From NCBI GenBank assembly GCA_028534125.1, contig CM052817.1, forward strand, positions 13,456,001 through 13,520,000: 64,000 bases of DNA. The letters run 5' to 3'. The number at the start of each line of letters is the position of its first letter. Within the stretch, counting starts at the first letter, position 1. The DNA is from Lama glama (lineage: Eukaryota). The notes under the pieces were generated by a model. That model had not been told where the DNA came from. It ran no database searches and worked only from the letters and a program-made list of their open reading frames with translations. Of this stretch, positions 39,470 through 53,500 are shown piece after piece. The translations under genes were made by a program, and so were the position numbers.

Positions 39470-40450
39470 AACTTCGTGTGGGCTCTGCGATCAGACTGCT
39501 TTGGGGAAAGTTTTAAATCCTCGGTAAAACAGGAATAATGATGGTACCTATCCTGGGATTATTATGAGGCTTAAAAAACACATCTACAGTGTTCAGTGTG
39601 ATGCCTGGCATCAACTGTGACAGGGATAACGTCTGTAATGGTGGGGATACTCGTTACCAACCCTTTTAGTTTTTACTGTTTTTTTCACTTAATCAAGGAT
39701 ATTAAACTTATCTTTATTAAGTCCCATCTGCGTATTTAAGCTCAAAGGGGTTTTATAATCCCAAACCAATCTTCCATTTTCTTCGTTGCTGTAAGATGTG
39801 GCTTTTGGGATCTGATGTCCCTGGCTTAGAGTCCACTCCTATCACTTTTAGTGGTGGCATCTTGAATAAGTTACTTAACTTCAGTGAGCCTGAGTTTTCC
39901 CATCATTCATTTATTCATCACATATTTTTGAGACTATAGTATATGTCAGAAAGGGTAATAAGTGTTGGGGGTAAAACAATGAACAAGATGGATGAAACCC
40001 CCCAGAGGCATTAGAGTCATTTGGAGAAGGCACACAGAAAGCAAAGATCTACACAGACAGTCATTTAGGGTTGTGATAAACACTACAGAGGAAGTACAGG
40101 GGACCTGGAGTACTCAAGAAGGGGTTATAAGGAAGACCTGCCTGAGGACGTCCCATTTAAGTGGCTTTCACGCAGAGACGTGAAAGATGAGTAGAAGTTA
40201 GCAAGGGCTGGGGGAGAAGCCAAGGGCACGTACGTAGCCTGGAACACGTTCAAGGACTAAAGTGATGGCCAGTGTGCCCAGAAGTGATGGTCTCAGATAA
40301 AGTTAATTCAAGGCCTGCTAGACATGTGAAGGGTCAAGGTCTTTACCATTCATATGGTGGGAGAATACACCTGTTGTACAGGGCTCTGGAGAGAATTAGC
40401 ATAATTTACATAAAGTGCCTGGCAAAAAGTCCCAGTCACATTCTACGTGA
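39470..40450. mobile_element. Cluster of MIR (+) and L2 (-) fragments
   Basis: aagttacttaacttcagtgagcctgagttttcc (MIR), followed by cattcatttattcatcacatatttttgag (reverse L2 end). Confidence 0.65.
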
Positions 40451-42157
40451 TCCGTATTGCTCTCTCTCAGTCTCTCTCTCTTCTGTCCTACTGGAGCCGA
40501 ATGTCTAACTCCGCTACAGTACGTATTCAACACATAATCCTCCGGCACGTACTCTGCACCAGGCTTTCTGCCACAAACAGAACAAACAGAAGGGGAAAAA
40601 TGGACATGGTCTTGCCCTTAACTTGATCAGTCTTTCCCTGGTCAGCTACGATGTCCTTTGTGTTGTGTAACTGTATTTCAGCTGAACAAGAGTTTCAACA
40701 TAGCTGGCTCCCACCTCCCCAAATGGAAAAAAAATCAAGCACACGGAGTAAACTCACATCACTGTGGATTACAAGGTAAATGACCTGGGATTACTCATGT
40801 GTAAGTAGGAGCTGCTTCGGCATCTTTCTTTGCTGTAGCCGATGGCTGATAGTAATGATGATGGTAATTTCTACGATGCACACCTGTGTGTAGTGCAGTG
40901 GATTAGGAGGGATCTCCAGACTATCGAACAGCTAATAAGGCCTCCGTGATATTATTTGAGCGCTGGCCTCCTTCTGGAGGGCTGGAAGACGGGCAAGCTC
41001 TTAATGTAGCTAATGCCCGCATGGATACGTTTACTCTGAAATCAAAGTACCCTAATCCTCACTCTTCTCCGCTTACCTGTTTTAATATACTAAACAGTAC
41101 AATTATATTTATTTATTTAACAGATAAAAATCTTGACTTCTCAAAAACATTCCAGGCATAGAAAAGAACCACTAAATCACAAAAACCCTACCACTTTTAT
41201 TCTTTTACATCCACATGTTTTCATTTTTAGAGCTCATGGATATTCGAGACATTTATTTGCAAATATGGTGAAGGCATTATTCCAACCAGCAAGAGAGCCT
41301 CCTCGAAATTCATGTTATATGAGTTTGTGATAACAATTTTCACTCTCTCCAGGGAGGCATAAAGCGACAGGATTTATGTCCTTGTCACACAGTGGAGGAA
41401 AAACGCTGTGTGTTTTCTTCAGTATAGCACAGATATTTTCATTTTTCTGGTTCATCAGCTGTTAACCTTAGTGCTTCCCAGAAAGAGATTCATGTTTGGA
41501 CTTAATTATGATAGCTTTACTTCATGTTTTCTCTGTTTTTTAAAAAATTTTCATTGGGAGATGAGGAGTCTGGAGTGGTTTGGCCCTTATCCGACTTTCT
41601 GAAAATATTCCAGAAATCTTCTGCATTTTTTTAAGAGTGAGAGACTTGAATAGGTTTAGAGGATATAAAGACTCAGCTGGGAGAGAGAGGACGGGGAGAA
41701 ATTACAGCTACAGGGTAAAGGAGGAGTGCGATATGAGGGGGAATGGGATTAAGAACACAGGGGAAATGGAACAGCTTCTTCTTTTATACTGGAAAGAATA
41801 AAGCAGCAAAGAAGTACGAATCGAGTGCCAGCTATGCTCTAGACCCTGTTCAGGAGTTTGAGGATGTGGTGATGGATGAAGACAGACAAAATCTATCTGT
41901 AGAGAAAAGATGTTTCGCAGATGCATTTGTTGATGGAATCAGGAGAGCTTCGCAGGATGTAGAGGTAGCTAACTGTAAGGATAGAGGAAGAGATACTTGA
42001 TCATGGAAAAGGAATAGACTGTGTATGTCGAATTGTGTATGAAAATTGTAAATCAGTAGTGACTATTATGCATCTGTTTTTCTCCTTTCAGCAAGCAGCA
42101 GAGGAATGGAGAGAGATTATTGGATGACCCCAGATTTGGCTTCTTGCCACACGGGTA

Positions 42158-42642
42158 GTGTGAGAGCTAAAACCTGCCTCCTCCTCCCCTAAAAGACATC
42201 CACATCAGAATCCCTGGAAACTGAATATTTCCTTATATTTTGAAAATGTGGCTAATTTAAGGGCATTGAGAGAGGAAGCTTATCCTGGATTACCCAGGTG
42301 GTCCCTAAATGCCATTACTAGTGTCCTTACAAAAGAAAGGCAGAGAGATTTGACACACGTGTAGAGGAGGAGGCAGTGTGAAGATGGAGCCGAGAGAGCT
42401 TTGAAGATACTGGTCTTAAAAATCAGAGTTATGCAGTCACAAGCCAAAGAATGCTGGCACCCACCAGAAACTGGAAGAGGCAACGTGTTTCCCCCTAGAG
42501 CTCCTGGAGAGAGCACAGCCCTGCCAGCCCTCAGTATTACTGATCTCAGACTTTCAGCCTCAGGCTGTGAGAGTGAATGTCTGTTGTTTCGAGTCACCTG
42601 TGCCGTGGTATTTTGTCACAGCAGCCCTAGGAAAGGAATGCA
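42158..42642 (+). mobile_element. MLT1B/C/D-like MaLR solo LTR
   Basis: ttatcctggattacccaggtgg, ccaccagaaactggaagaggcaa, gtcacagcagccctaggaaa. Confidence 0.88.
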
Positions 42643-43199
42643 AATCTGATCACAGAACAAGAGTGAGAGCAGAGATGTTCAAGAGGAGCATGCTGAGCAA
42701 TCAAAGCCATGCAGCCTGGGTTAATATGGAACTGGGGAGACTAAGGAAGGCCTGGTGACAACAAGGCTCTGGCTTGTGAAGTCACTGCGCCGGGCGTAGT
42801 AGAAGAGAGGGCCCAAGACCACTGGACAGAGGGAAAGTTTTGGTCAAAAAGGTGAAACTAATTTAAGATATTTAGGAGATGCACATTTTCAGGACTGATA
42901 AGGCTACGTCTGTCAAAGTGAAAAGTGGAGTGGAAAGGGACAGGATGGCATTTAAAGAGTCAAAAAACACTGATGCGCAGGTAGGTGCTTCTTAGGTCAT
43001 CTTCTTGGATGCCAGTGAATCAAGAAGATTTTTAATGCAGGTGTCAAAGTCTTGAATGAATAGGATACAGTGATTACAAAAGTGACAGCCTGAGACACTC
43101 TGACTTTGGCTTTCTGTGGCTTTGTTCTGTTCTTCTCTCTTATTTGCTTTAGAAAGTGTCAACCCCCCATTTCACATGATACCCGTGGGGCTCTCAGTC

Positions 43200-43470
43200 T
43201 CAGTATGCACCATTTTCCCCAGCCACAGGGCTAGGTCAGCATGGCAAGCTTGTCCAAGGACAAATCTCCATCCCCCGGGTCACAATGATTAGTTAAAGTA
43301 TGTCATGTGACTAAAGCCAGATCCTTCCTTGAAGGAGCTATCAAGACTGAGAACGAGGGAGCAGAAGGAAGACAGAATCCTAATGATATTGTTGGACATC
43401 TTATCCAGCTGTGTCTTGTGCTATAATCATTTCGCTATCCCAGTTTTGTGAGCCAATAAAACTTTCAAAA
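43200..43470 (+). mobile_element. Degenerate old LTR (MLT1J-L or LTR16-like)
   Basis: gtcatgtgactaaagcc...cctaatgatattgttgg...gtgagccaataaa. Confidence 0.5.
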
Positions 43471-43514
43471 TTTTAATTTAAGATACTTTAAATTGTACCA
43501 TAAGGATGAGAAAT

Positions 43515-45610
43515 TGGTCAATAAGAAGAGAAAAGAAAATACAGACTTGGAAGGAAGGCATAAAACTGTCCTTGTTCTCAGATGACATAATCATCTTCAT
43601 ACAAAATCTGAAAGAATCAACCAAAAAATCCCTGGAACTAATAAGCAGTTAGCTCCAAGGCTGCAGGATGAAAGGTTAATATATGAAAGCCAATCCTTTT
43701 CTTTGTACCAATGATAAAAAAGCAAATTGAAATTAAAAACACATTATTATTTACATTGGTGCCTCCCCAAAATGAAATATTTAGGTATAAATCTAGCAAA
43801 ATATGTACAAAGTCTAAATGGGAAAAATATAAAAGGCTGATGAATGAAATCAAAGAATAAATAAATGAGGAGACATTCCTTGTTCATGGGTAGGAAAATT
43901 CAATATTGTCAAGATGTCAATTCTTTCTAAGTTGATCTATAGATTGAATGTAATCCCAGTCAAAATCCCAGCAAGGTTATTTTGTGAATATTGACAAATT
44001 GATTCGAAAGTTTAGATGGAAAGACAGAAGGCCCAGAATAGCCAACAGGAAGGAAAAGAACGAAGTTGGAGAACTGCTACCACCCCACCTCAAGAACTTG
44101 GTATGAAGCCACAGTTACCAAAGCAGTGTTGGGTTGGTGAAGGAAAAGACAAATAGACCAACGCAGTAGAATAGTTAGCTCAGAATTAGGCCCACATAAA
44201 TACAGTCCACTGATCTTTGACAAGAAGCAAAGGTGATACAATGGAGCAAAGATAATCTCTTCAACAAACATTACTGTGAAAACTGGACATACACTTAAAA
44301 AAATGAATCTAGACACAGACCTTAAACCCTTCACAAAAGCTAACTCAAAATGGATTATAGACCTAAATGTGAAACACAAAACTGAAAAATAGTGGCCAAG
44401 ACCTAGAAGACCTTGAGCATGGTGATGTCTTTTTAGATGCAACATGAAAGACATAATCTATACAAGAAATAATTGATAAGCTGGACTTCAGTAAAATAAA
44501 AGACAATGTCAAAAGCATTAGAAGACAAACCACCAGCTGGGAGAAAAAATTGTGAAATGTACGTTTGTAAAAGGACAGTTACCTAAAGTATACAAAGGAT
44601 CTTTAAAACTCAACAATAAGAAAACAGTCTGATTAAAAAATGGACCAAACACCTTAACAGACACTTCACATAAGAAGATATACAGACGGCAAATGAGCAT
44701 ATAAACAAAAGCCCACATTATGTGTCACCAGGGAAATGCAAATTAAATGGCAACGAGATATCACTACGTATCTATTAGAATAGCCCAAATCTGGAACACA
44801 GACAAAAATGCTGGTGGAACAAAAGAACTCTTATTCATTGCTAGTGAGATTGCAAAGCGGTCCAGCATTTGGAAGACAAAACTAAACATACTCTTACCAT
44901 GTCATCCAGCGATTGTGTTTCTTGGTATTTACCCAATGGAGCTGAATAGTTATGTCTGCGCAAAGGCCTGCATACAATGTTTACAGTAGCCTTATTCATA
45001 ATTGCCAAAACTTGGAAGCAACAGAGATGTCCTTCAGTAGGTGAACAGGTAAATAAACTGGGGTAATTTCAGACAATGGAATATCATTCAACACTAAAAA
45101 TAAATTCTCTGTCAAGCCATGAAAAGACATGGAGGAACCTTAAATGCATATTACCAAGTGAAAGAAGCCAATCTAAGAAGGCTACACATTGTATGGCTTG
45201 AGCTATATGACATTTTGAAAAAGGCAAAACTACAGAGATAGTAAAATAATCAGTGATGCCAGAGGTGAGGGTGGGTAGTGGATATATAGGCAGAACACAG
45301 AGAATTTTTAGGGCCGCAAAAATACTCTGTAGGATATTATAACAATGGATATATGTTATTATATGTTTGACCAAACCTATAGAATATATAATACCAAAAG
45401 TGAACCCTGAAATAAACAGTGGACTTTGGGTGATTGTGATGTGTTAATGCAGGTTCATCCTTTGTAACAAATGTACCACTTTTGTGAATGATGCTGGTAA
45501 TGGAGGAGGCTGCATGCAGGTGTAGGGGTCAGTATATATGGGGAATTTCTGTACCTTCCTTTCAATTTTGTTGTGAACCTTAAACTGCTCTAAAAATACT
45601 GTCTTAAAAA
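43515..45610 (+). mobile_element. L1MB/MC-like ORF2 3' half and 3' UTR, decayed
   Basis: ctggaactaataagc, caatattgtcaagatgtcaattc, ttattcataattgccaaaacttggaagcaac; ends ctgctctaaaaata. Confidence 0.9.
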
Positions 45611-47149
45611 TTATGCAGAATTAGTTTTTATTACATATACTCCAAATTATCCTAATCTATACCAGGATGGTATTTCTCTCCCTGCTTTTTGTTCTTTTTA
45701 GGATGGCTATGAAGGAATAATTGTAGTCCCCTGCTTCTCTTGTTAGTGTATTTTGGTGCTGTAGGAGATAGCAATCAGATGAGTGAGGGAGAGTTCATAT
45801 TTTTCTCAGTTATTATTTCAATCTCTGACCCCAGGCACTAGAAATGATATATTAGTTTATTTTATGAACTTTATTTTCTCTAACAGAAGGGTTTGAGCTT
45901 CAGAGAATTATTTCAAAAACCAGCAGGATGCTGAGACAGTGCCAAAAAGCAAAAGCAAAAACACAGTAAAAAAAACTAATCTACAAGAACATTGGAAAAT
46001 TTAAATTTCAATATCACAGTTGTTCTTACTCATTCAAATCAAATCTATGTAACAAATTTCTACTGTAACCCCTACTTTAAGCCCGGCACATAGAGATGAA
46101 TACTACAAACAATTGGAATTGACTTCCTGTTGTGACCTAATAATTACATTATATGATGAATTTCTTTGAGACGCAGTGTGGTAGAACACTGAACTGAAAG
46201 CTCCAGGTCTACCATGAATTGGGCATACAGAAGTCCAGTGTGTCAACATGAATAAACACTGAAGATTATATAAAGATAATATTCTGCAATAACTGAAATT
46301 TAGATACTTCTTGATTATTAAAAGAGTCTGAGTGTTACTATTTGGAAGTAATCTATTCCATTGACACTTCTTTTTTTTGAGTCACTGCCATTCACCTGGC
46401 ACTGGGCTAGGCACTGGGGTGACACAGATGTGAAGAGGACAGGCTGCGCTCCTGCTTCTCATCCTGTCGTGCATTTCAGGGGACACTCCAAGCTTCATCA
46501 TCATCATAGTAATTATCTCTTCACTCTTTACATTTACTGAGTGATAAATCTCCCATTCAAACACTAGTGTCCTAAAACACTACAAAAGTCTCTCTTTTAA
46601 ATGTTTTTGTTATTTTTATTTCAGTCACCCCAAAATAGGATTCTTAATTCCTGTCCAGGTGATGTCTAAATAACTGATAATTATTTCCAGAACATTAGTT
46701 TGCTCGAGTTAGAAGGGCTCATTGTGTTCAAGTGTCTTCTTTTTCACCTGGGCAACCTGAGACATGGGATGCCAAATGATCTATGCAGGGTCATATATTT
46801 TGACAGAGTAGGAATAAAACCCTCTTATTATCGCTCTCAGCCTATGATGGTTCCACTAAACCATGCATGCCTGTAAAAGAAATCAATGGAGAAATACAAG
46901 GCTGTCAGGTTTAAAATCCTCTTATATTCTTCTTCAGCTGAACAAGTCACGATGGGAAATAATACTCTTTTATGTCTGTGGTTATTAGACTGAGTAGTCA
47001 AATTTAGAATGACTTGTTCTGCAAAGTCGGAACTCTCACTGTAGAAGTACTTTGAATGATTAAGGAAAAAGTCCTCTTTCCTTTTCTTCTTCCTTCCTTC
47101 TCTCCCTTATTTTTCCTACTTTCTTCCCTTCTTTCTCTGATTCTTTTGT

Positions 47150-47500
47150 TACACAATCATTTATTCCACACAAAGTTATTCAATGTGTAGGGTGTTTATG
47201 CTGGGATATAAAAATGAGTAAAGACACACTCTCTTCTCTTAATGGACACATAATCCAGTGGAGAGGAAAGATGCATAAGTAAATGATTATAAAACAGTGT
47301 GATAAATGAATATAAAAACGTGTGTGTTATGGTTCATCATAGCAGGAATGATCACTTTACTGGGAAGGAGAGGATTAAGAGCTGGAAGGTTGAGAAGGAT
47401 TTGTAGGGGAAAAAATGCCTTAAGATTTGTTAGGAATTCACCAGAATTTGAATAAGGGAAGGGCATTCAGGGATGGAGAACTACCACCAAAAAGGCAAAT
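47150..47500 (-). mobile_element. L2 fragment
   Basis: tcatttattccacacaaag...gctgggatataaaaatgagtaaagacac. Confidence 0.6.
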
Positions 47501-49639
47501 AGTGTTTCTTGCAGGTTTCCCACCTCTTGCTCCGCGGCCTCTGGAAATGTGTATCATTAGGAAGAGATAGGCTTGGTAGAGAGGAAGCACCGCTGGACTC
47601 CTCTCCTAATCCTTTTCTCAACTGTAAGGCGGAGCTAGCAAAGTGTCTTACACCAAAAAAGGACTAGGATGGGGGAAGAGGATGAAGTAAGGCAGGGAGC
47701 ATGAGCAAGGCTGGTATCAGTTCATGAAGCTGGAGACACAGGCAAGACCAGCTCTTAGCTGGATAAATGCATACTGATTCCTCTAAGATAACGGCCAGCA
47801 CTTTCCTACTTTGCTTTCTGATACCAGGCTTCTTGGACCGTTGATGTCAATCTTGGGAATGGATTTATGATCCATTCGCTTATCAAAGAGTTGTGTGGAA
47901 ACCACTTAGGAAGCTGGTTATTTGCTTTCCTAGATGAAAGAGCAACACTGTCCAAGAACAATTATCTGGAATGATCTCTGCTGACACATCTGGCAGTTAA
48001 CTCAGGTCATTGGAAGTTGATTTGATAATATGAACAATTCTCAAGATACCTTGATCTGAAGTTGAGTGAGATAATTTCAGAGCACAATGAGGATAATATG
48101 ATTTTATTTATTTAATGTGAGTTTGATAAAAATGCCAAGACTTTGGCTGGTCTTTCAAAGAAAATCACAATACAAGGTAGAATGTAATTAGTGATTTCTA
48201 ATTTTCTTCATTGTAGTTTTTTATATTTTTCAATCTTTCTATAATGAACATGAATTAGTTTTTTAAAGTTAGAAACGGATAAATATGTTGTTATAAAAAG
48301 AATAAAATCATCTTCACTGTCAACAAACTTATGTTGGTAAGTTTCCGTCATGTTCCCTTATGAAAGTCACAAAAAAGATTATTTCTTGTTCCTTCAGAAT
48401 TTACACCGTGGGTTTCTAGTATGTCTGGTCATTGGCAATTTCTTGCAAGTGTTCTTTTTTTTAGACTGGGGAAGTTATGAGTGGGTTGCAAGAAGAGGTA
48501 CCATGGGGTGGAAAGCAACAATTTTGGACTGGAAGTCAGGGCACCTAAATTACAGTCCTTTATCTTTTCCTACCTATTACATGTCATCAGACAAGTCCTT
48601 TATTTTTGTGGCATCTGTTTTCTCAAGCTAAGGTGGGTCTAATAATATACCCACTATTTACCAGACAGGGTGGCCGAAAAGAAGTAGAAAAATTTTGCAA
48701 GATGTAAGATGCTATGCCCATGTGAGTTATTTTTAAGAAGAGTTACTCATAGTCATAAATTCTGCTTAGGACTCAACTGTTAAGGGGCCCTGTTCTAGAG
48801 ATCTGCCTATTGTGCAGTTGGCAAAGAGGTCCTTTGGAAATGCTAACATATAGGGAGGCAGTTTAGATGTATGTACTGGAAATGGTCAAACTGTAGTATC
48901 TACCCCCCTCTCCCATTTAGTATCTGGAGTGGAAGTTTTCATGTTCATACTAAAAATGGAATTTACATCTATAAATTCCATTTCAAATGCTTACATATCC
49001 CAACCTATTGCTACTAGCAATTTATATTTTAGACAGCTTTATTCAGATGACAATAGTTTATTTGAGCAATTTGGAGTTGCTGTTTTAAAAGACTGTATAC
49101 GAGTATTGAATACTGTATTATATTTCTGATGTTTTTAAAGATTTTCTTTTCTGCCTGCAATTTAATTTTCTTTTTAGAATTTTTCTCCTGCTTGTACTGT
49201 ATTGATTTTATTTATAGAACCATTAAAGAAGTGTTCAGTGAAAACCTCTTTTGAAATGAAGGTAGATAACTATATATAGAGATGTACAGGCATTTCTCAG
49301 TGCACTTATTATTAGTGTAAGGCAATTATGTACTGATTAATTTGCTAACCAAATTTTAACCCTGTTGAATCAATGAGAACATTTTATTGATTTGTGAGCA
49401 TTTCGGCCATCAATAGTTTGATGACTTTAAGTTTACAATGTTAAAATAGTTTAAAAATCATTTACTTTTGTTCCCAACATAATTTGTTTTTAATAGAAAT
49501 TCTCACTTGGGTTGTATTTCTTTTCTTTTAAAAGTGGCTTTGAGATAACTGTCTGAGTATCATACTTTCTTACTTAAGATTTTAGTATCTGATTAAATAT
49601 TAAAATGGGCTACTCTGTAATGGTTTTTCTCCCTTAACT

Positions 49640-49850
49640 ACATACTTCCTTCCATAGGATTTATTTTTTCCCTTAAACACTCTCACTTGGTATTGTGATA
49701 GCTCATTTACTTGTATATGTATAGCTCACTAGATTGTAAGCTCTGTAGGGAAAGGAACTTTTTTGTATCACGTTAACTCTGTCTTCCTACAGGTATATAG
49801 TCCTTAACAAGCAACAGACTAGAACATATTTTGAATGAATTAATGAAGGA
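49640..49850 (+). mobile_element. L2 3' end
   Basis: cactagattgtaagctctgtagggaaagg...tgaatgaattaatgaa. Confidence 0.7.
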
Positions 49851-50811
49851 GTCATAAACTACAAGAGACAAGGGAAGAGATGTACATATAAGTGCATGAA
49901 GATATAATCCACATGACAATGGACTTGTTATATTAAAAATAAAACCCTGAAATATATCAGACAAAATACTTAAAAAAATTACCCAATACATGTTACAATT
50001 GCTGTTTTTCTGTGTAATGAGGACTATCATGGGTCTCAACAAACTAGCCTTTCCACCAAAAGGATCAGAATTGCACTCAATCTATTGCTGTAGTACATGG
50101 AGGGAGATGAGTACAGAACACACGGGACTTATGTCCTCTGGGGGAAGCTCAGTTCTGAGAAAACAGACAGAGAAGACAGTCCCAGCACAGGAGATCAAGC
50201 AGGAGTTCAACATCTCATAGAAGATGCTAAGGGAAAGCAAAGAGTCCAAAACAATGTAGTTATACATAGTCTAGACTCACAGAGGACTTTGAATAAGTGC
50301 ATAAGCAAAGACGATGAATCTTTAGCAAATGGCATAAGGCTCTGATTTAAAAAAAAAAAAAAGGAATAGCCCAGTGTCATTATCAAAAAGAGGAGAAGGA
50401 GATACCAGAAGTTAAATCCAGTAAGTACTTGGTGAACTCAGAGCAAACAAATGGAAAAATATATTTTCTCAGCCACACAAAACGCATTTCTAAGAGTTTA
50501 AATTAAGAGTTCCATAGTGAGGAGGAAGAGGGAGTTGATGTGAGAATACTCTGATCATTGAGTAAAATATTTTGTTTCTATAAAGACTTCAGTTAATGGA
50601 TAAAAAGCCATTCATTAAGGTGCATTTAGTCCTTCTCAAAGAATCCATTTGTTTTCATATTAAATTCCTAAGTTAAACAAACAAGCAAGCAAAACTTCCA
50701 CATGTGTTACCTGCCTAGACTAAGTAGGCAGATTCTGTCTATTGCAATTGTAAAGCTGTTGCCCAGGGTGAATCTCTCCGAGAATGCATAACAAGACTTC
50801 TTTCCTCATAT

Positions 50812-51180
50812 TAAAAATATTGCCATCTGCAACAACCTAGATGGACCCTGAGGGTATTATGCTAAATGAAATAAGTCAGGCAGAGAAAGGTAAATACCAT
50901 ATGTCTTTACTCATACATGGAATATAAAAAAACACAAACAAAAAATGAACAAAGCAAACCAAATAAAAACAAACTTATAGATGCAGAGAACAGAGTAGTG
51001 GTTACCAAAGTGGAAAGTCGGGGGCAGAGCAAAATCAGTAAAGAGATCATTTATGGTGATGGATGGAAACAAAGTTTCTGGTGGTGAGCATGCTGTAGTG
51101 TATACAGAGCTAGAGATACAATGTTGTGTGCCTGAAACTTATATAATTATAAACTGTTCTATCAATTAAAAAATAAAACT
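50812..51180 (+). mobile_element. L1 3' end (short insertion)
   Basis: gccatctgcaacaacctagatggaccctgagggtattatgctaaatgaaataagtcag, with an A-rich tail. Confidence 0.85.
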
Positions 51181-51454
51181 CTTTTGCTAAAACAGTACTA
51201 CAGTAGCTCAGGAATCACATTTGTCAGTAAATATTACCAACATTTTGTTATGTTTGTACCATTGCTATAGTCTAAGAAATCTCTAAGTGATCCAGAGTTC
51301 ATGTATTTAAAATCTGTCTTAGGCAACAACTATAAGAGAAACAAGGAAACGAACACCTTTACATTAAAGAAAGATACAACAGATAAAAGCAAAACAAATT
51401 TATAAGGTGATGCAGAAAAACATCTGTATGACTTCAAAGCTGCACTAACCATAA

Positions 51455-52400
51455 GTAATTAGATTTTAAAAAATGACCACAAATCCCTCTTCTTCCTAAA
51501 TCCATGCCTTTTAGAAGTCCCTTTCACATCTGTGTTGACTGGGCCATGTGACTTGGTTTGGCCAGTCACAAAGTTGCTGTACTTTTCTACTTGAAAAGCA
51601 CTACTGCACTGAGGTTTGCCCTCATTTTATGCTCTTAGGAGATCTGCTACTACTATCAAGTGAAGAAGCACAGGCTAGTTTTCCTGATGGCCTGCCAACC
51701 ATCAGACATTTATGAGACACCACCCTAGATCATCCAGGGTCTAGCTGACACAGATACATGAATGAATGAGCAATGCAGATACCAGCTGAGCCATCAGGAG
51801 CAGAATTGCTCAGGGGACTCACAAAATCATGAACCAAACAAATACATGTTGTAGTTTGCCTCTAAAAATGTGTGTGACATGTTACCCAACAAAAACTAGC
51901 ATGTAGAAAGTGGCACCTAGAAGTGGGGTGCTGCTGCAAGAAAACAAATTATACGACATTTTCTTTTGGATTAGGTGATAGGTGGAAGGTGGGAAAGCCA
52001 TGAAGAAATAGCAGAATTTGGAAATATAGTGAACAAACTGTTAACAGAAGCTGAAAAGTAATAAGAAAACCATTTTAGCTGATGAAAAAATGAGAGAAAT
52101 GTCACCTGCAGTACCTTGGAGGACAGGCAGTGCTCTAATGAACATGCAGCTTGGTAAGTTGGTTTACAGGAAACATATTATAAGTGCCATTTAGATGCTT
52201 TTAGCTGCTTAACATAAAAAAAAAAAAGGGAAGAGAGAGAGATCAGCCAAATAAACATAATTTATTTTGCAAGCAGAATTCAGAGAGAGAGGAATGAGAG
52301 GCCAGAACTTACTGGATGGTAAACTAAATCTACCTCATTCTCAACTCTTCTGTTTGTAAAAGATTCTTAAAATGAAGAAAGGTTTGGAGCCAGAGGGAAA
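51455..52400 (+). mobile_element. MLT1G/H-like LTR followed by MaLR internal sequence
   Basis: gggccatgtgacttggtttggcc (LTR), then agaaagtggcacctagaagtggggtgctgctg at about 51905 (start of internal region). Confidence 0.65.
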
Positions 52401-52419
52401 AAGTCATGTTATATTCGCA

Positions 52420-53500
52420 GGAATGACTGCAAGAATGGCAGCAGACATCTCATCATAAACAATGAAAGGTAGAAAACAATAGAGCAAAATCCTTAAACTC
52501 CCGAAAGAAGAAAAAATGTCAACTTAGAGTTCTTTACCCAGTGAAAGTCTCTTTCAAAAACACAGGCAAAATGAAGACACTTTTAGACAGTAAATGTGGA
52601 AAGACATGAGCAGCAGTATCCCTGCACTGTAAGAACTGTTGAGGGATGTCAGTCAAACAAAAGGAAAATGAAATCAATGGAAACTTGGTTCTACATAAAG
52701 AATGAAGAGAAATGAGAGTGGTAACTGTATGGATAAATAAAAAAAAATTTTTATTTTAAATATCTTTAAAAGATAATCAATTCCTTAAAGAAAAATCAGT
52801 AACTGTGTTTTAAAGTTATATTATATGTAAAATAAAATGTATAGAAACAACAGCACAGAAGCCAAAAGCAGAGAAATGGAAGTTTACTGTTGTAAGATCT
52901 TTTTCATTATGTGTGAAGAAAAATAATATCACTTGATGATGGACTGTGATGGGTTAAAGATACGTGCTTTAAACCCTAAAGCAAACACTAAACCACAGAA
53001 CTACTAACAACATCATAAAACTTTATAACTTGTCATGGTTAATTTTATGTCTCAACTTAGCTAGGCCACAGAACCCAGATACTTGCTAAACACTGTTCTA
53101 GATGTTTCTTTGATGGTATCTTTAAAATGGGGTTAGCTTTTAAATCAGTAAACTTTGAGTAAAGATTTTCCTACATAATATGAGAGGATGTCATCCAATC
53201 AATTAAAAGCCTTAAGAAATAGACTGACTGCTCTTGAGAAAAGGGTGAATTAGGCCAGCAAACTACCTCTGGACTCTTCCCTGAATCTCCAGCCTGCCAT
53301 CCCACCCTGTAGATTTGGACTTGCTAACCTCCACAATCATGTAAGCCAATTCCCTGAAATAAATCTCTATATATACGCATAACCAACTGGTTCTTTTTTC
53401 TGGTGGACCCTGACTAATACACTAAGAAGATAAAAAAGGAAACAGAATTAAATAATAAAAATTAGTAAATTAATACACAAGAATCATGAAATGAGAGAAC
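52420..53500 (+). mobile_element. Old L1 ORF1 3' end and inter-ORF fragment, interrupted by MLT2
   Basis: tgtcaacttagagttctttacccagtgaaagtctctttcaaaaa corresponds to an ORF1 RILYPAKLSF-like motif. Confidence 0.7.
53031..53421 (+). mobile_element. MLT2 (ERVL) solo LTR
   Basis: tgtcatggttaattttatgtctcaactt...ccctgactaataca; similar to 26942-27432. Confidence 0.88.
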